Shown here in pieces: positions 23,100 to 35,920 of a stretch of DNA of 64,000 bases; within the stretch, counting starts at the first letter, position 1; each line of letters begins with the position of its first letter. Position numbers and translations under genes: made by a program. The stretch is from assembly GCA_030324005.1 (NCBI GenBank), contig JARDVH010000001.1, forward strand, positions 122,722,458-122,786,457. Direction: 5' to 3'. Origin of the DNA: Negaprion brevirostris (lineage: Eukaryota). The notes under the pieces are model-generated. The model did not search any database, was not told the origin of the DNA, and was given only the letters and a program-made list of their open reading frames with translations.

Positions 23100-25985
23100 A
23101 AATGAATGAGTGGCTAGTCTGGGGGAATTGGGTTCCATTTCGTGGGGCACTGACACCTGTGCTGGGGAAAGTGGGATATATACATTTGGGATGCTCTCTA
23201 CCTGGACCATGGTTGGACTGAAGTTCTAGTGAGCTGTATAACTAGGGAATTAGAACTGAATAGTAGGGCACAGGATCAAATTTGGGAAGATGTGGCCTAC
23301 CAGAAAGTAGAGGCAAGGCAAGTGAGAAAGTTAGTATGGGAAATGATAAATAGGCAGTGACAAGAAGGGGCAAAGAGTGCAAATTAAGAATAAATCCGAT
23401 AAGGCTAGGTGCGACAAAAATAATAAAAGGGCAAAACTAAAGGCTCTGCACCTAAATGCACATAGCATTTGAACAAAACAGATGAACTGAATGCAAAAAA
23501 AGAAATTAATAAGTATGATCTTATAGCTATTATAGAGACATGGCTACAAGGTGACATAAATTGGGACCTCAGTATTGAATGGTATGTGACATTTGAGAAG
23601 GACAAGACGGTAAGGAATGGTGGAGGGGTGGCTGTATTAATTAATGATGGTATTAGCATAATAGGGATGATTTAAGTTTAGGAAATCAGCGTGTAGAAGC
23701 AGTTTGGATTGAGATGAGAGATGAGAAATGACAAACGCAAGTCATCACTTGAGAGTGATGAGACAAGGCCCCCTCATTGTAACTACACAGTAGTACATTG
23801 TATAAAAGAAGAGATGATGGCAACTGATCAGACTGTCATGGAAAATGTTAATCTACATAAATATATATGACCAGGAAGCAGGCTTTACTGGATCTGTTAT
23901 TGTGCAATGAGGTAGCATAAATTGATAACCACATAGTGAAGGCACCCCCAGACAGCAGTGATCATAATATGATTGAATTTTGCATTCAATTTGAGGGAGA
24001 AGAGTGCATCCAATACTAGTATTTTAAACTTAAATAAGGGTAATTATGATAGCGTGAAAGCGTAGTTAGCTAAAATGAACTGGCAAATGTGCTTGGGGAT
24101 AGACCAGTAGAGGTTCAGTGTCAGACATATCAAGGAATATTTCAGAATATACAGAAAATACACATTTCAATGAGAGAAAAATTCCAAGGGGCCTGTCATT
24201 CATGGTTAACAGTAAAGATGAGTAAAGTTGAATGGCAGGTCAAAAAATTGGAAAGAATAAGGAACATTGAAGAATGACAAAAAGATTGAGGAAGGGAAAG
24301 GTAGAGTATGAGAAAAAGATAGAATCATAGAATCCTACCGTGCAGAAGGAGGCCACTTGGCCCATCGAGTCTGCACCGACCACAATCCCACCCAGGCCCT
24401 ATCCGCACAACCCCATGCATTTACCCTAGCAAGCCCCCCTGATACTAAGGGGAAATTTAGCATGGCCAATCCACCTAACCTGCACATCTTTGGATTGTGG
24501 GAGGAAACCAGAGCACCTGGAGGAAACCCATGCAGACACAGGAAGAATGTGCAAACTCCACACAGACAGTGATCCAAACAGAGAAAAACTTGATTGGTAA
24601 TATAAAGATGGATAGCAAGAGTTCTATAGATATTTAAATAGAGAAAAAAAATAACAAAGTGCAACTGGGAAATGAATCGTGGAAAGTAGGGCTATGGCAG
24701 ATGAATTAAACAGGTACTTTGCACTGATTTTCATTATAGAGGGTCCAAGTAACATGCCAGAAATATTTGTAAATCAGGAAATGGAAAGGAGGGAGGAAAT
24801 CGGGAAAATTATCATAATCAGGAAATTCGTATTGAGCAAATTGTTGAGGCTGACAAATCCCTGAGTCCAGATGAACTACTACTTCTAAGATTTTGAAAGA
24901 AATGGCTAATGAGATGATTGACGCATTGGCTTGATTTTTCAAAATTCCCTGGATTCGATTAGGGTCCATTAGATTGTAAAATAGGAAATGTAACTCCTTT
25001 CTTAAAAAAGGGAGGGAGATGGAAAGTAGGAAATTACAGGTCAGTTAGCTTCATGTTTGTCATAGGGAAAATGTTAGAAGCCGTCGCAGGCCACTTGGAA
25101 AATAATCAGGCAGTCAGGCAAAGTCAACATGATTTTGTGAAAGAGAAATCATTTTTAACCAACTTATTGGAATTCTTTTGAAGATGTCATGTGTTGAGGA
25201 TAAAAGGGAGCTATTGGATGTACTGTACATAATTTTCTAGAAGGCATTTGATAAGGTGCCACATCAAAGATTATTGTGGAAAATAGAAGTGTAGGTGTAA
25301 CATTGCCATGTATTGGAGATTGGCGAACTAACAGAAAAGAGTTAGCATAAATTATTCTTGTTCTCGTTGGCAGGATGTGGCGAGTGGTGTCACACCAGGG
25401 TCCATTCTGGGGCCTCGAGTTTATGTAAGTGACTTGCATGAAGGACTGAAAGTATGGTTGCTAAATTTGTTGACAACACAAAGATAGATATGGAAGTATG
25501 TTGTGAAGAGGATGAATGGAGGCTACAGAGGGGCATAGATTAAGCGAGTGGGCCAAAATGTGGTAAGTGGAGTATAATGTGAACAAATGTGAAATTGTCC
25601 ATTTTGGCAGGATGAATAAAAAGGATCTTATTATCTAAATAGTGAGCGATTGAAGAGCTCTAAAATGCAGAGGAATCTTGATGCCCTCATGCATGAATCA
25701 CAAATAGATAATGTACAGATATAGCAAGTAATTAGGAAAGCCAATGGAATGTTATCATTTATTGTGAGGGGAATTGATTACAGAAGTAGGAAGGTAATGT
25801 TTCAGTTGTACAGGGCATTGGTGAGACCTCATCTGGAGTATTAGGAACAGTATTTATCTCCTTGTTTAAGGAAAGATATAAATGAGTTAAAAGCAGTTCA
25901 GAAAAGGTTTACCAGGACTGGGCAGGTTGTCTAATGAGGTTTGGAGAGGTGAGGTTTGTATCTAGTAGAGCTTAAAAGAGTAAGA
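23100..25985 (+). mobile_element. Long CR1 LINE remnant: ORF1 esterase C-terminus, ORF2 APE endonuclease and RT
   Basis: ORF1 SGNH-like 'WDALYL..GTEVL'; EN 'LNAHSILNKTDELNA..YDLIAIIETWLQ..GGGVAVLI'; RT 'GNYRSVS', 'KAFDKVPHQRL', 'LYRALVRPHLEY'. Many stops and frameshifts. Confidence 0.9.
24320..24575 (-). mobile_element. HE1 SINE inserted in CR1
   Basis: 'atagaatcctaccgtgcagaaggaggccacttggcccatcgagtctgcacc...ctccacacagacagtga'. Confidence 0.9.
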
Positions 25986-26034
25986 NNNNNNNNNNNNNNN
26001 NNNNNNNNNNNNNNNNNNNNNNNNNNNNNNNNNN

Positions 26035-26160
26035 GTGTGTGTCTCTGTGTCCCAGTCTGTGTCTCTGTGCGTGTGTCTCTCCCCCTGTCTCTGTGCGTGT
26101 GTCTCTCCCCCTCGGGCCCGCGCGCCCGCACCCCTCTCTCTCTCTCCCTGTCACCCCTCC
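26035..26160 (+). repeat. Imperfect (GT/CT)n microsatellite / low-complexity tract
   Basis: gtgtgtgtctctgtgt... ctctctctctc, next to an assembly gap. Confidence 0.85.
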
Positions 26161-26164
26161 CCCA

Positions 26165-26350
26165 TTCATACCGGCTCTGTTTTACTGGCGAAATCAACTT
26201 TGTGGCAGAAAGGGCACAGAGTCGATTTCAATATAAATAACTTCATTAGCATGTCATTAGTGAGCCCTGGACCTTATTGTCTGGGCTCTCTTGCCCTTTA
26301 CCTTCTCAGTGGTCGAGATTCTTTCCAGCGAGAATTGCAAATGATCTCCA
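26165..26350. promoter_or_regulatory. Putative conserved non-coding element/enhancer
   Basis: Unique, CpG-retaining sequence with forkhead-like 'ataaataa', homeodomain/POU-like 'ttcattagcatgtcattag' and octamer-like 'ttgcaaat'. Conservation is inferred, not measured. Confidence 0.3.
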
Positions 26351-27489
26351 CCAGCAGGACACCAGATGTGATGGCCTTGCTGGGGGGATCAGAAGCTGTT
26401 GAAGCCTACAGTCCAACGCCAGCATCGCCACATCATGACAGCCCTCACAAGTGGTCAGGGGCATGGCTGGACAGTGCCCATGGTGGGAGGAGGGAAAGGG
26501 AACTCTGCCGGGCTGGGTGGGAGGGAACTCTGCACCCTGCTGGGGTGGCGATTGGAGTGGAGGGAGATTCCCTCTCGTTTTCTTGCTTGTTCAACACTTA
26601 GTTTTTTTTGGAAAGATCTCGGTGTCTGACTTTTCCATTGTTAAGATAGTTTCACTTGTATTTTCTGCATCAACGGTGGAAACCTGTCCTCGAACATGTC
26701 GTTGCCTGAGAATTGTCTGTATTGAGGCAGTGAGATGCTTTGGAACTTGAAGCAAAAGACAGCATTGATGGATGCTCAGTATATTGAGGGGAAAAATACC
26801 ATTGTATTCTGAAGATTCATGCAATAAGTTGATAGATGTGCTGCATTTTGTGTTGTTTCTTTACTGTTCTTACTTAAAAAGAGACTTTATCTGTTGGCTG
26901 TTTGGTACGATTGCAAGAATTCTGCATTTCACGTAAAAGGTCAAAGGAAAATTAAATGTTTATACACCCTTCAATTTGTATACATAGTAAAATATCAATT
27001 TTTTATAGTTGTGTGAAATGTTGATCTGACCATGTTCTTCAGAAATATTGCCTTAAACCAAATGGAACGTGTTCAAAAATTGAAAAACTGTAAAAGTTTA
27101 ATTCCGTACCTACCTGCTTAAAATTCAACTTCATTTCTTTAGGATGTGTGCATGTCGGATTCATAATTGGTACTGAAGTATGATCTGTGATACTATAATT
27201 AATAAGTATTAGATCAGAGAATGCATCAATGCGGAATAAATACTGAAATATAACATTTATTATATATATATATTTGATTTCTTTCTTTCTGACAGTCTGT
27301 CTGAAACAGTCCCTTTCATTGCATTCCAATCTGAAGTTTTAGGTAAGCTTTTGAGTATTATTGTTACCAATGATTTTGGCTGTACAGTATCTAAAAATAA
27401 AATTGTAGCTACGTTTTATACAGTGAGGCTACTATTGATTCTGAAGACTAAGTTGAATGCAACATTGAAAAAATGCTTTTGTAACAGTC

Positions 27490-27800
27490 CAGCTTTTGTT
27501 CACTTTCTTTCATTGTTTTATTAATTGATCACGTAAATTATCTAAACATGTTTGAACTATTAATTGCATCACATATGATGGTCGTGCATCTACTGATTTA
27601 TTTTCAAACCAACTATGCCTATAAAGTATTTAAATTATTTTTAAACCGTTTATGGGGCACTTGCCACCGAAGACATGATTCATCAGGCAGTCCGCCATAA
27701 TATTTTGCTGTATAATCCAAAAACTAATGTGATTTTGCTAGCAGTGCATGGTAAAAAAGGGAAATGACCTGACTCTAGTCCAAAAAGATTGACCTCCAAG
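27490..27800. promoter_or_regulatory. Putative conserved non-coding element/enhancer
   Basis: Dense homeodomain motifs: 'ttaattga', 'ttaattgc', Pbx-Hox 'tgatttat', Hox/Cdx 'tttatgg', nuclear-receptor half-site 'tgacct'. TE-free. Confidence 0.35.
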
Positions 27801-28261
27801 TTCTGTTACATTGCTTGGCAGACTTCTGCAGATGGAGTTGCCAAGCAGCAGGATTGTGCTTCGCTCAAATTAAGTCTGCTCAATTAACCCTTGATGTGCT
27901 AGATATTACCTCTGGCAGCTTTCAAGGTTCTCAATATTTTGGTTGCAACTGCTGTGAAGAGAATGTTTTTGCAAACCGTTTGATCATGCAGTACATGCCT
28001 ACTTTTGTTCCTGTCTGATTCTGGGGATCACTGGATAGAGTAGGACTGCTGCATGATTTGATTTCCGCTTTGGGGCCAGTCTGACATCACTTGCCCTTGT
28101 TCCAGTTCAGATTACTGGTTTCTGCACTTCAGTTCTGTGGTCATTCCATGCGTTTTCACTGAGTTATAGGGAACCTGGTTTTACTGATTGGTTTAAAGGT
28201 ATTCAGAAGAAATGTGAGAATTGCTGTATCGACTGTCACTTGATGAATAATCCTATTTTTC

Positions 28262-28385
28262 GAAAGCCACATGTAAGCCAGAGCAGGAAAGGATGGTAGA
28301 TTTCCTTCCTTAAAAGGAAATTAGTGAACTAGATGTGTTTTTACAACAATTAGTTACAATTTTATAGTCACTATTATATGCCAGA
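28262..28385 (-). mobile_element. Meta-like SINE core fragment
   Basis: 'cacatgtaagccagagcaggaaaggatggtagatttccttccttaaaaggaaattagtgaac', homologous to 17950-18010. Confidence 0.65.
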
Positions 28386-28526
28386 AAGTTGATTCAAAAG
28401 CTTGCAGTAAAATAAATGCTGGANNNNNNNNNNNNNNNNNNNNNNNNNNNNNNNNNNNNNNNNNNNNNNNNNNNNNNNNNNNNNNNNNNNNNNNNNNNNN
28501 NNNNNNNNNNNNNNNNNNNNNNNNNN

Positions 28527-28650
28527 AAGCCACTAACTTTCAGAGCGCTGCTCCTTCATCGTGTGAGTTCTGTTCACAAACAGGGCATATAAAGACACAA
28601 ACTCAATTTACAAAACAATGGTTGGAGTGAGTTGATTACCTGTAAAGACT
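28527..28650 (-). mobile_element. Penelope pseudo-LTR fragment with hammerhead-like core
   Basis: Reverse complement 'gatgaaggagcagcgctctgaaag'; same family as 39650 and 62541. Confidence 0.65.
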
Positions 28651-28714
28651 CGCAGTTTCTGAAAACTAAAGTAAGAGGGAAGCCAAAACATGAAAAAAAG
28701 AAAATGAGACAGAG

Positions 28715-30255
28715 ATTATGCTTTGAATTTGTTCAATTCAGTGCTGAGTCCAGAAGGCTCCAAAGTGATTGATCAAAAGATGAGATGCTGTTCCTTAGCT
28801 TCACTGGAATAGTACAGTAGGCCGAGGGTAGAAGTTTCAGCATGAGAACATGGTCGGGAATTAAAACAGCAGGTCATTAGAAGCTGGTACTCAGGCTAGT
28901 GGACTGAATGGAAGTGTTCTGCAAAATGGTCACCCAACCTGTGTTTGGCCTCCCCAGTGTAGTGAAGATTGCACTGAGTTGTGAGTATATTGCATTAAAT
29001 TGAAAGATATACTTGTAAATCATTACTTTAGCTGAGTAAATGTTTGGGGTCTTGGATAGCAAGAAGAGAGAGAGATAAAAGGTGCTTTGAATGGAATGTG
29101 CTGTGGAAAGCAGATGGGCTATAGGTATGAATGAGGAGTGCCACAAGGATTTATGGAGGGAATGCTGAAAAAGGAGGGAAGAGGAAGATATTTGGGGTGG
29201 CACCGTGCTGGAGGTGACGGATGTGGTAGAAAATGATTTATTGAATTTGGGGGCTGGTGGGGTGGAATGTGAAAGCAAATGGGAATCCTGTTGTGGGAGG
29301 GAGGAGAGAGCAAAAGTGTGGGAAATGAGTCCAATACAATTGAGGTTAAGGAAAAGAAGTCATATTAAAAGAATGATGCGGAAAGCTGCAACACTGGAAC
29401 AGATGTGATGGAGAAACTTGGAGAATGGAATCCTTACAGGTTGTAGGATGTAGGGAAATGTAGTCAAGATTGCTGGCCATGGACTTATAATGAATGTTTG
29501 TTGTTTGTTCATCCCCAGAAATGGAGACATAATTTGAGGAAGAATCAGAGCAACCGTGAGAAAGTAAGAGAAGGGTGGAAATTGGAAGCAGTGTTAAAAC
29601 CGGGTTCCAGTTTGGACAAAGCAGGAAACTGCACTGAAACAGTCATCAGTGTACTGAAAAAAGAGTGGGAGGAGGGAACCTGAGTAGGACAGGAACAAGG
29701 AATATGCCACATATTCCACAAAAAGAGAGGCATGACTAGGACCCATGCAGATATCCACACCTATTGTTGGAAGATATAAGATTAATTAAACAAAACGTTG
29801 TTCAATGAGTTCAGCTAGGCAGAGGAAGATGGAAGTTGATGGAAACTGGTTGGGTTCCCATTCAGGGAAGAAACAAAGGGCCCTCAAACTGTCCTCGTAT
29901 GGAATGGGTGAGGAAGAGGTTGGATGCTCATGGTGAAGCTGGTGATTGTTTGGGTTCAGAAATTGAAAATTGTTAGTAATGAAAGGAATCAGAAGAATCA
30001 TCAATGAAGGCAGGGAGGAACTGGACAAAGGGAGAAAATAAGAGTTAATAGGATGAAATCAGTTCATTGGGATAGAAACAGGAAAAAGTCTTTCAGAGCA
30101 GCCCTGTTTGTGGACCTCATGAAGAAGGTAGATGTGGGCCATGTAGGGTCGGCAGACTGAGGTGAGAAGCCAAGGAGAGAAGATCTCCTGAGAGACAAGA
30201 TCAGTGACTGTCCTGGAAACAATGGTTTGATGTTCAGGGTCATAAGCCAGGGGAA
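28715..30255 (-). mobile_element. Penelope-like element ORF remnant (RT + GIY-YIG)
   Basis: Reverse strand reads TLGRPNTGWVTILQNTSIQS (frameshifted YIGETK.RLGDHFAEH), 'EQHLIF', and RT-region 'LRALCFFPEWEPNQFPSTSIFLCLAELI'. Confidence 0.8.
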
Positions 30256-30259
30256 CAAA

Positions 30260-31290
30260 TGTAGAATACTTCTTAAAAGGCGTGAAATTTATAAATCTTC
30301 ATGCACAGAGAGACTTGTACAATGAATATAAAATTAGTATATAGGTAATAGCAGTTAATTAGGAAGACAAATTGCATGCTGTCCTGTATTGGAGTGGATT
30401 GCAGTACAAGAAAAAGGAAGTCTTGCTACAAATGTTACAGGGTTTTGGGAAAACACCTGGAAAACAATGCACAGTTTTGGACTCCATATCTAAGGAAGGA
30501 TATACTTGCATTGGAAATGGTACAGCCAAGGTTCATTAGATTTGTTCCTGGGACTAGAGGGTTATTTTATGTTGAGAGGCTGAGTAAATTGGAGCTATTC
30601 TCTTTGGAGTTTAAAAGAATAGGAAATGATCTCTTTGAAACGTACAAGATTCTACACGGTGACACAGTGGTTAGCACTGCTTCCTCACAGTACCAGGGAC
30701 CTGGGTTTAATTGTGGCCTCGGGTCACTGCCTATGTGGCGTTTGCACTTTTTCCCCATGTCTGAGTGGGTTTCCTCCCACATTCCAAAGATGTTAATTAG
30801 GTTGGCCATGCTAAATTGCCCCTTAGTGTCAGGAGGTTAGCAGGGTAAATACGTGGGGTAATGGGGATAGGGCCTGGGTGGGATTGTTGTCAGTGCAGGC
30901 CTGATGAGCCGAACAGCTTCTTTCTGTAGAGAGTGTGTGATTCTGAAAGGCTTGATAGGATAGATGCAGAGGTGATTTTTCTCTTGCCTGGAGACCCAAT
31001 AAGACTTGCACAGTCTCGAGGCTAGGGCTTGATCATTTCAGACTGAGGTGAGGAGAAATTTCTTCTCACAAAGTATTGTGGATCTTTGGAATTTTCTACT
31101 CCAAAGGCTTCTGGTTCTCCATTTTTGGTTATACAGCACTGAGATAATCAGATATTTAGGGTCTCGAGGAATCTAGGGATGTGGAGATCAGGCAAGGAGT
31201 TGAAGCATATGATTGAACATGATCAGACTGAATGACAGAAGCAGGGTCAGTGGACTGTATAGTATATTCCTATTGCTTATGTTCTTGAGC
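30260..31290 (+). mobile_element. CR1 LINE RT C-terminus + 3'UTR
   Basis: HLENNAQFWTPYLRKDILALEMVQPRFIRFVPG..ERLSKLELFSLEFKRIGNDLFETYKIL. Confidence 0.85.
30655..30945 (+). mobile_element. HE1 SINE inserted in CR1
   Basis: 'cacggtgacacagtggttagcactgcttcctcacag...gtttcctcccaca...gggcctgggtgggattg'. Confidence 0.9.
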
Positions 31291-34159
31291 TCTTCTGAGC
31301 TTGACTTTCATTATGGAGGCAGTCTGCTATTAAAGTGACCATATCCCAGCTTGAGGTGCTGCTTTTATAAGGGGGATGGGTAAAAAATGAGTGTAGCACA
31401 GTTTCAATTGAAAAGAATGTGATTTTGATATAGGGCTAATATAAACCCTTCCATCTTGAACCATTTGAAACTTATTTTGAGTCATCTAAGCATGTAGATG
31501 GCGTTCAGTTATACCCTGCAGGAGAATTATCAATGAACAAAATCCCATAGATTGGCATTTGTTTCATTTTGAATGCTGATCAGATGATATCTGAGCCGGG
31601 AAGGTTGGTGCCAGTAGACTATCCCAGCTGGTACTGAATTTTCTTGGCTCAGTTGTGTCCTGATTAGCTTCTAAGAATGGAGAACCTGCCAAAAAGTGGA
31701 ATATCTTGTAGATTTTCTTGTTGACATTCCGGTAACTGAATTTAGCGGAGCAGCTCAATGTGGAGAAAAGGGAGGGGGTGGGGTGGCTTAAGGAAATAAT
31801 GAAGATAAAAATTGATGCCTCAGCAGATATCGTTCACTTCAATTGATTATTTTGAGGCAAATGATTTTATGAGAGGGACAAGACACCTTAAGCTATCTTT
31901 TGTATCTATGTCAGATGGATGCTATATGCTTCTCCCAGCCGAGGAAGGCTNNNNNNNNNNNNNNNNNNNNNNNNNNNNNNNNNGGTTTAATTTATTCAGC
32001 AGTGTTTTAAGGTACAATTTGTAAAATGGGAAGGAATTGTGCTACAATAAGGAGTGCTCTTCGGAGCTCATTTACTGTACATTTTTAACTATGAATTTCA
32101 TCTCAATATTATTCCTACCCTAGGCATGCAGCTAGATACAAAAGGAAAAGATGCTTTACTATCCGAGCATTATCATTACAAATAATATTTTATACTGATG
32201 TGCTTTTGCACCCCCACTTAGATTTTTGTTTATTTTTAGCACAAATCTAACTCAATGATGTGGATTCAAATCCACTTTACAGCTGACCCCTTTGTGTCAC
32301 ATTTGTCACTGCATTATAATTACTTAAATGCCTCCATTTGTGATTGGATATATTGTTCACACACGTGCTGTGGATTTCTAGTTTTGCATCTTCTGTCAAC
32401 ACCATTTGTGAAAGCACTGCATTGATCAATAGTGAATTATGGGACTGACGTTGGCCAGAAACACACATTTATGTAACTACTTCAGTGCTGCTTTACTCTT
32501 ACTAGTGATTTGATACTTTCAAATGAGGCCCTATTTATGTAGAAAAAAAATCACTGCTGTTTTTAAGGGTATTTCTGTATGACAATATGGTCGTGGAGCT
32601 TTTGTAAATGCTCTGTAAAATAGGTGGATTTCCTATGAAGCACATCAGTCCTGCTGGAATGTAGCTAAAATGCATTTGTAGCAAAAATTGCCAGAATACC
32701 TGAAAACCTCCAAATACATGTATGCCTGCTGTTAATGAACATTTTCTGGGAGCTGCTGTCAATTTAGGCTATATGTTTTTCTTTAGCATTGCACAGTGGC
32801 TGCTTGAATGTGATGTTGCATAGATGTGCTAGGTGTTCTGTTCTGGGAGGTGGTTTGCAGTAGTGAAGCTGGTGACCAGAATCATATAAAATTAGCAATT
32901 TTCCCCTCAAATTTTACATTACATCACAGGTATGTGTTTTGATAAAATTAATTGGATCACAGCTAAGACATCTGATTCATGTCTGCAGATTAAGGCATAG
33001 AATTCTAGGCAACATACAGTCAGCATACTAGCAAAAGGTTAAATCATTTTCCTCTTTATATTCACACTGTTAGTGTGGTATTTTAAATAGATGGAGTAAA
33101 GGTGCCATTTGCAGTTTATTGAAAGCAGTCTGAATCTTGGATTTGGAGAGAGGTAAAGACAGTGCTGGAAATTGGCCTGAGGACAAAGTTACATGTTTTT
33201 AGTGCTTTTGCTATTTGGGCCAGTGTTCATTAGAATGCAGTGTTTTTAAACAATGTTTGCCTTTAAACTGAGAACCACTATACAAGCTTAATCATAATAT
33301 TACTAAAATAACTATGATGGGTTTCTGTTGTAACAGAGCTTTAAGGAGTTCTGCATGGAGAGCACTAGTTATTTAAAATCAGGTTATCTACAGAGTAATC
33401 GGGTTAAGTGTCTGAGGCGAGATGAAGGCTCTAGCTGTTGTGAATTTCTAGGGTGGGGTGAAAGAATCACTTGAAACCTGAACAACATTGATTTGTGTGA
33501 CCTATTGTTAAAAGACAGTTTAAAAGATCTCTGTGTAAGCTTTTCTTTTTTAATGTGTTCATGCATTCTGAGTAATATCAATGAGCTGTGTACAGAGTAA
33601 ATTTGATTAGTTGTGAATTGTAACTTATTAATTGCAAAGTAGCCATGTAACTAGGTTTGTTTTATTGAAGGTTAATTTTTTTTGTTGAAATACAAGCTGT
33701 TTCAACACAGATTCTAAGGTGGAACCATATATCTTGTCTGGTTCTGGCTCTGATTGACAGTTGTTCAAAGGGTAATGTCAGGAAGAGGTGCTTTGGCTGG
33801 GGGAGGGGAGGGAGGTTAATATATTCAGTGTTTTCCTGTTGCTTCAAGGACTGCAGCAGCAATTCTCTTTAAGATATCGAGCTGACTCTGGGTAGGGGAC
33901 AGAGGGGTGTGGCCTATTTCGATTGAATGTTGAGAATAGTAAGAGTCCAGTGACTGAGGGAAGTGGTTAGGTTAACTGTGCTGGAGGAGCAGACAGCTGG
34001 TGAGGAAGCTTTTGTTAAGGGCAGTGTTGATCATCGACAGTAGCTGGAAAGAGCACTCTTGACTTTCAAAGTCTTCAAATTAATTCTAGCAACAGATCTT
34101 CAGCTTTTGTTTCCTGATTGCAGTGTTGGAGAGAGCCAACACCACTTTGCCTCCCCCAG

Positions 34160-34362
34160 CTGTGATTAGCCAATCCATTTTTACTGACAGTTAAATTGAC
34201 AATGAGATTACGGCTGCTACCTTTCCTGGAACTGTGGGGTTTTCTCTTTGTCAGCTGTGATTTAAGCTGGAAAGCCGTGGAACGAGGCACTTGGCCATTT
34301 TATGCGCGTGGGATGAAACTGATGCTGATTTACTGAATATCTGGCCAGGGTTGCCTGCATGA
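34160..34362 (+). promoter_or_regulatory. Candidate alternative promoter / first (or 5'UTR) exon
   Basis: CCAAT box 'agccaatc' (~34168), YY1-like 'gccatttt' (~34293), retained CpGs, possible acceptor 'ttttctctttgtcag' (34254), strong donor 'ATGA|gtaagt' (34363). Confidence 0.35.
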
Positions 34363-34456
34363 GTAAGTCGATGTGTGGCTGTGGCTGCAGTATAATCTCT
34401 TCTCTAATGAAGAAGCTGGGGCGCTCAACCTGCTGTAAAGATCTTCTGTCTTGCAG

Positions 34457-34511
34457 CTTTACATCAGGACAACTGGAAAGACTTTCCAATGGATTGTCTA
34501 CGCAACAAAAG
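34457..34511 (+). other. Candidate 55-nt exon
   Basis: Acceptor 'tcttctgtcttgcag' and donor 'aag|gtaact'. Open in all three frames (LYIRTTGKTFQWIVYATK / FTSGQLERLSNGLSTQQK / LHQDNWKDFPMDCLRNK). Host gene not recognised. Confidence 0.45.
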
Positions 34512-35681
34512 GTAACTGCATGAAAGTTCATTAAATCTCCTCAGTGATTTCCAATATATTCAGTGTAGGATGAAATGAAACAAGTTTATTAAGGGATACA
34601 TTCCAGTGCCCTCTGACCTTGCTTGTCGCTGTCCAGTATCATATTTGACCATGATTAGTCTACGAGCAATGGAAATATACTGAGTAATTGATTTTGTAAT
34701 AGGATCAGGTGATTTATTGACCTTCCTCACGTATTCTTCCTGCTGGAATTATGCATCACCATATTGGATTCTGTGATTTGATATCACATTGTTATTGTTC
34801 AGAAATGTGATATGAGTTAAATTTCTGAAAGTTCAGATTTGTTTCATTTTGTGTAGCCTATAGTATTTTCTTATGTTAATGTGTATTTGAAATGAACTCA
34901 GCTGTCATGTTTGTTTTTTTAATGAACTGTGATTAAATTAACTTTCTCAATGTCTAACAGAGTATAAAAGTTGAGGTATTTTCAGCTGGAAAGATAGTAA
35001 GGCCACCAATGATTGGTAGTATTACAGAGTAATCCTGACATCTTCCAGTGTCACCATGTGTAATTAAATTTGAAATCATAAGTTGCACTTCTGCAACCTT
35101 ATCTTGCTGAAAAACATGGCTTTTAAACGCACAAGTTTGTGAAGTTGCAAAACTGACTCACTTAACTACCAGAAAGTTTTTCAGTTTGTCTATTTAAGTG
35201 CAGGTGAATGTGTAATGGTATGTTTAGCCTCCGTTGCTATCAACCAACCTCTCTGGCACTGAAAATTAACTTTTATATGTGTGACAGCCCAATCCTTCAG
35301 ATTTTGATATTGGGGATGCTGTAAAAAATATTTTTGTAATTTTTCTATATATCTCAAAAGGAGGAAAGACATGGGAATTTGCTTTCTGTACGAGATTTAA
35401 TGTCGCAACTATTCTAACTTAAATTATTTTTTAGTTTACACTTTGCATGCTTGAGTAGGTATTTTCAAGTCTGATTCAGGGGATACGCTGTGCTTGCCTA
35501 CTCTGTCAGACGTCTGCAAAAGTAGATCCCTTGCAAATGATTGTGTTTAAATGGATCAAATTACCATAAAGTTTATTTATTNNNNNNNNNNNNNNNNNNN
35601 NNNNNNNNNNNNNNNNNNNNNNNNNNNNNNNNNNNNNNNNNNNNNNNNNNNNNNNNNNNNNNNNNNNNNNNNNNNNNNNNN

Positions 35682-35770
35682 AATCAAGAAAGACCACATC
35701 CACCGACTCTCCTCTATCCACTGCCCTAGACACACCCTCATAGAACTCCAATAAATTTCAGACAAGTAAA
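35682..35770 (-). mobile_element. CR1 RT fragment
   Basis: EFYEGVSRAVDRGESVDVVFLD, next to a gap. Confidence 0.8.
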
Positions 35771-35819
35771 GTCATTAATTTTCTTTTGCTTTGTTCTCTC
35801 AAACTCCTGATGCCTCCAT

Positions 35820-35920
35820 TGCTCCGGTTTCCTCCCACAGTCCGAAAGATGTGCTAGTTACGTGAATTGGCCATGCTAAATTCTCCCTCAGTGTACCCAA
35901 ATAGGCACCGGAGTGTGGCG
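35820..35920 (+). mobile_element. HE1-type SINE fragment
   Basis: 'gctccggtttcctcccacagtccgaaagatgtgc...ggccatgctaaattctccctcagtgtacc'. Confidence 0.75.

Noticed and set aside
26035-26601. 188-aa ORF
   Set aside because: It starts in a GT/CT microsatellite at a non-ATG codon, lies in locally GC-rich DNA with few stops, and shows no recognisable domain or convincing splice structure.
30655-30730. tRNA-like A/B box sequences (here and at other HE1 heads)
   Set aside because: These are tRNA-derived SINE heads continuing into the V-domain, not tRNA genes.
30376-30840. 154-aa ORF (also 46014-46589, 191 aa)
   Set aside because: Chance read-through from CR1 or Gypsy RT sequence into an inserted HE1 SINE, not a gene.
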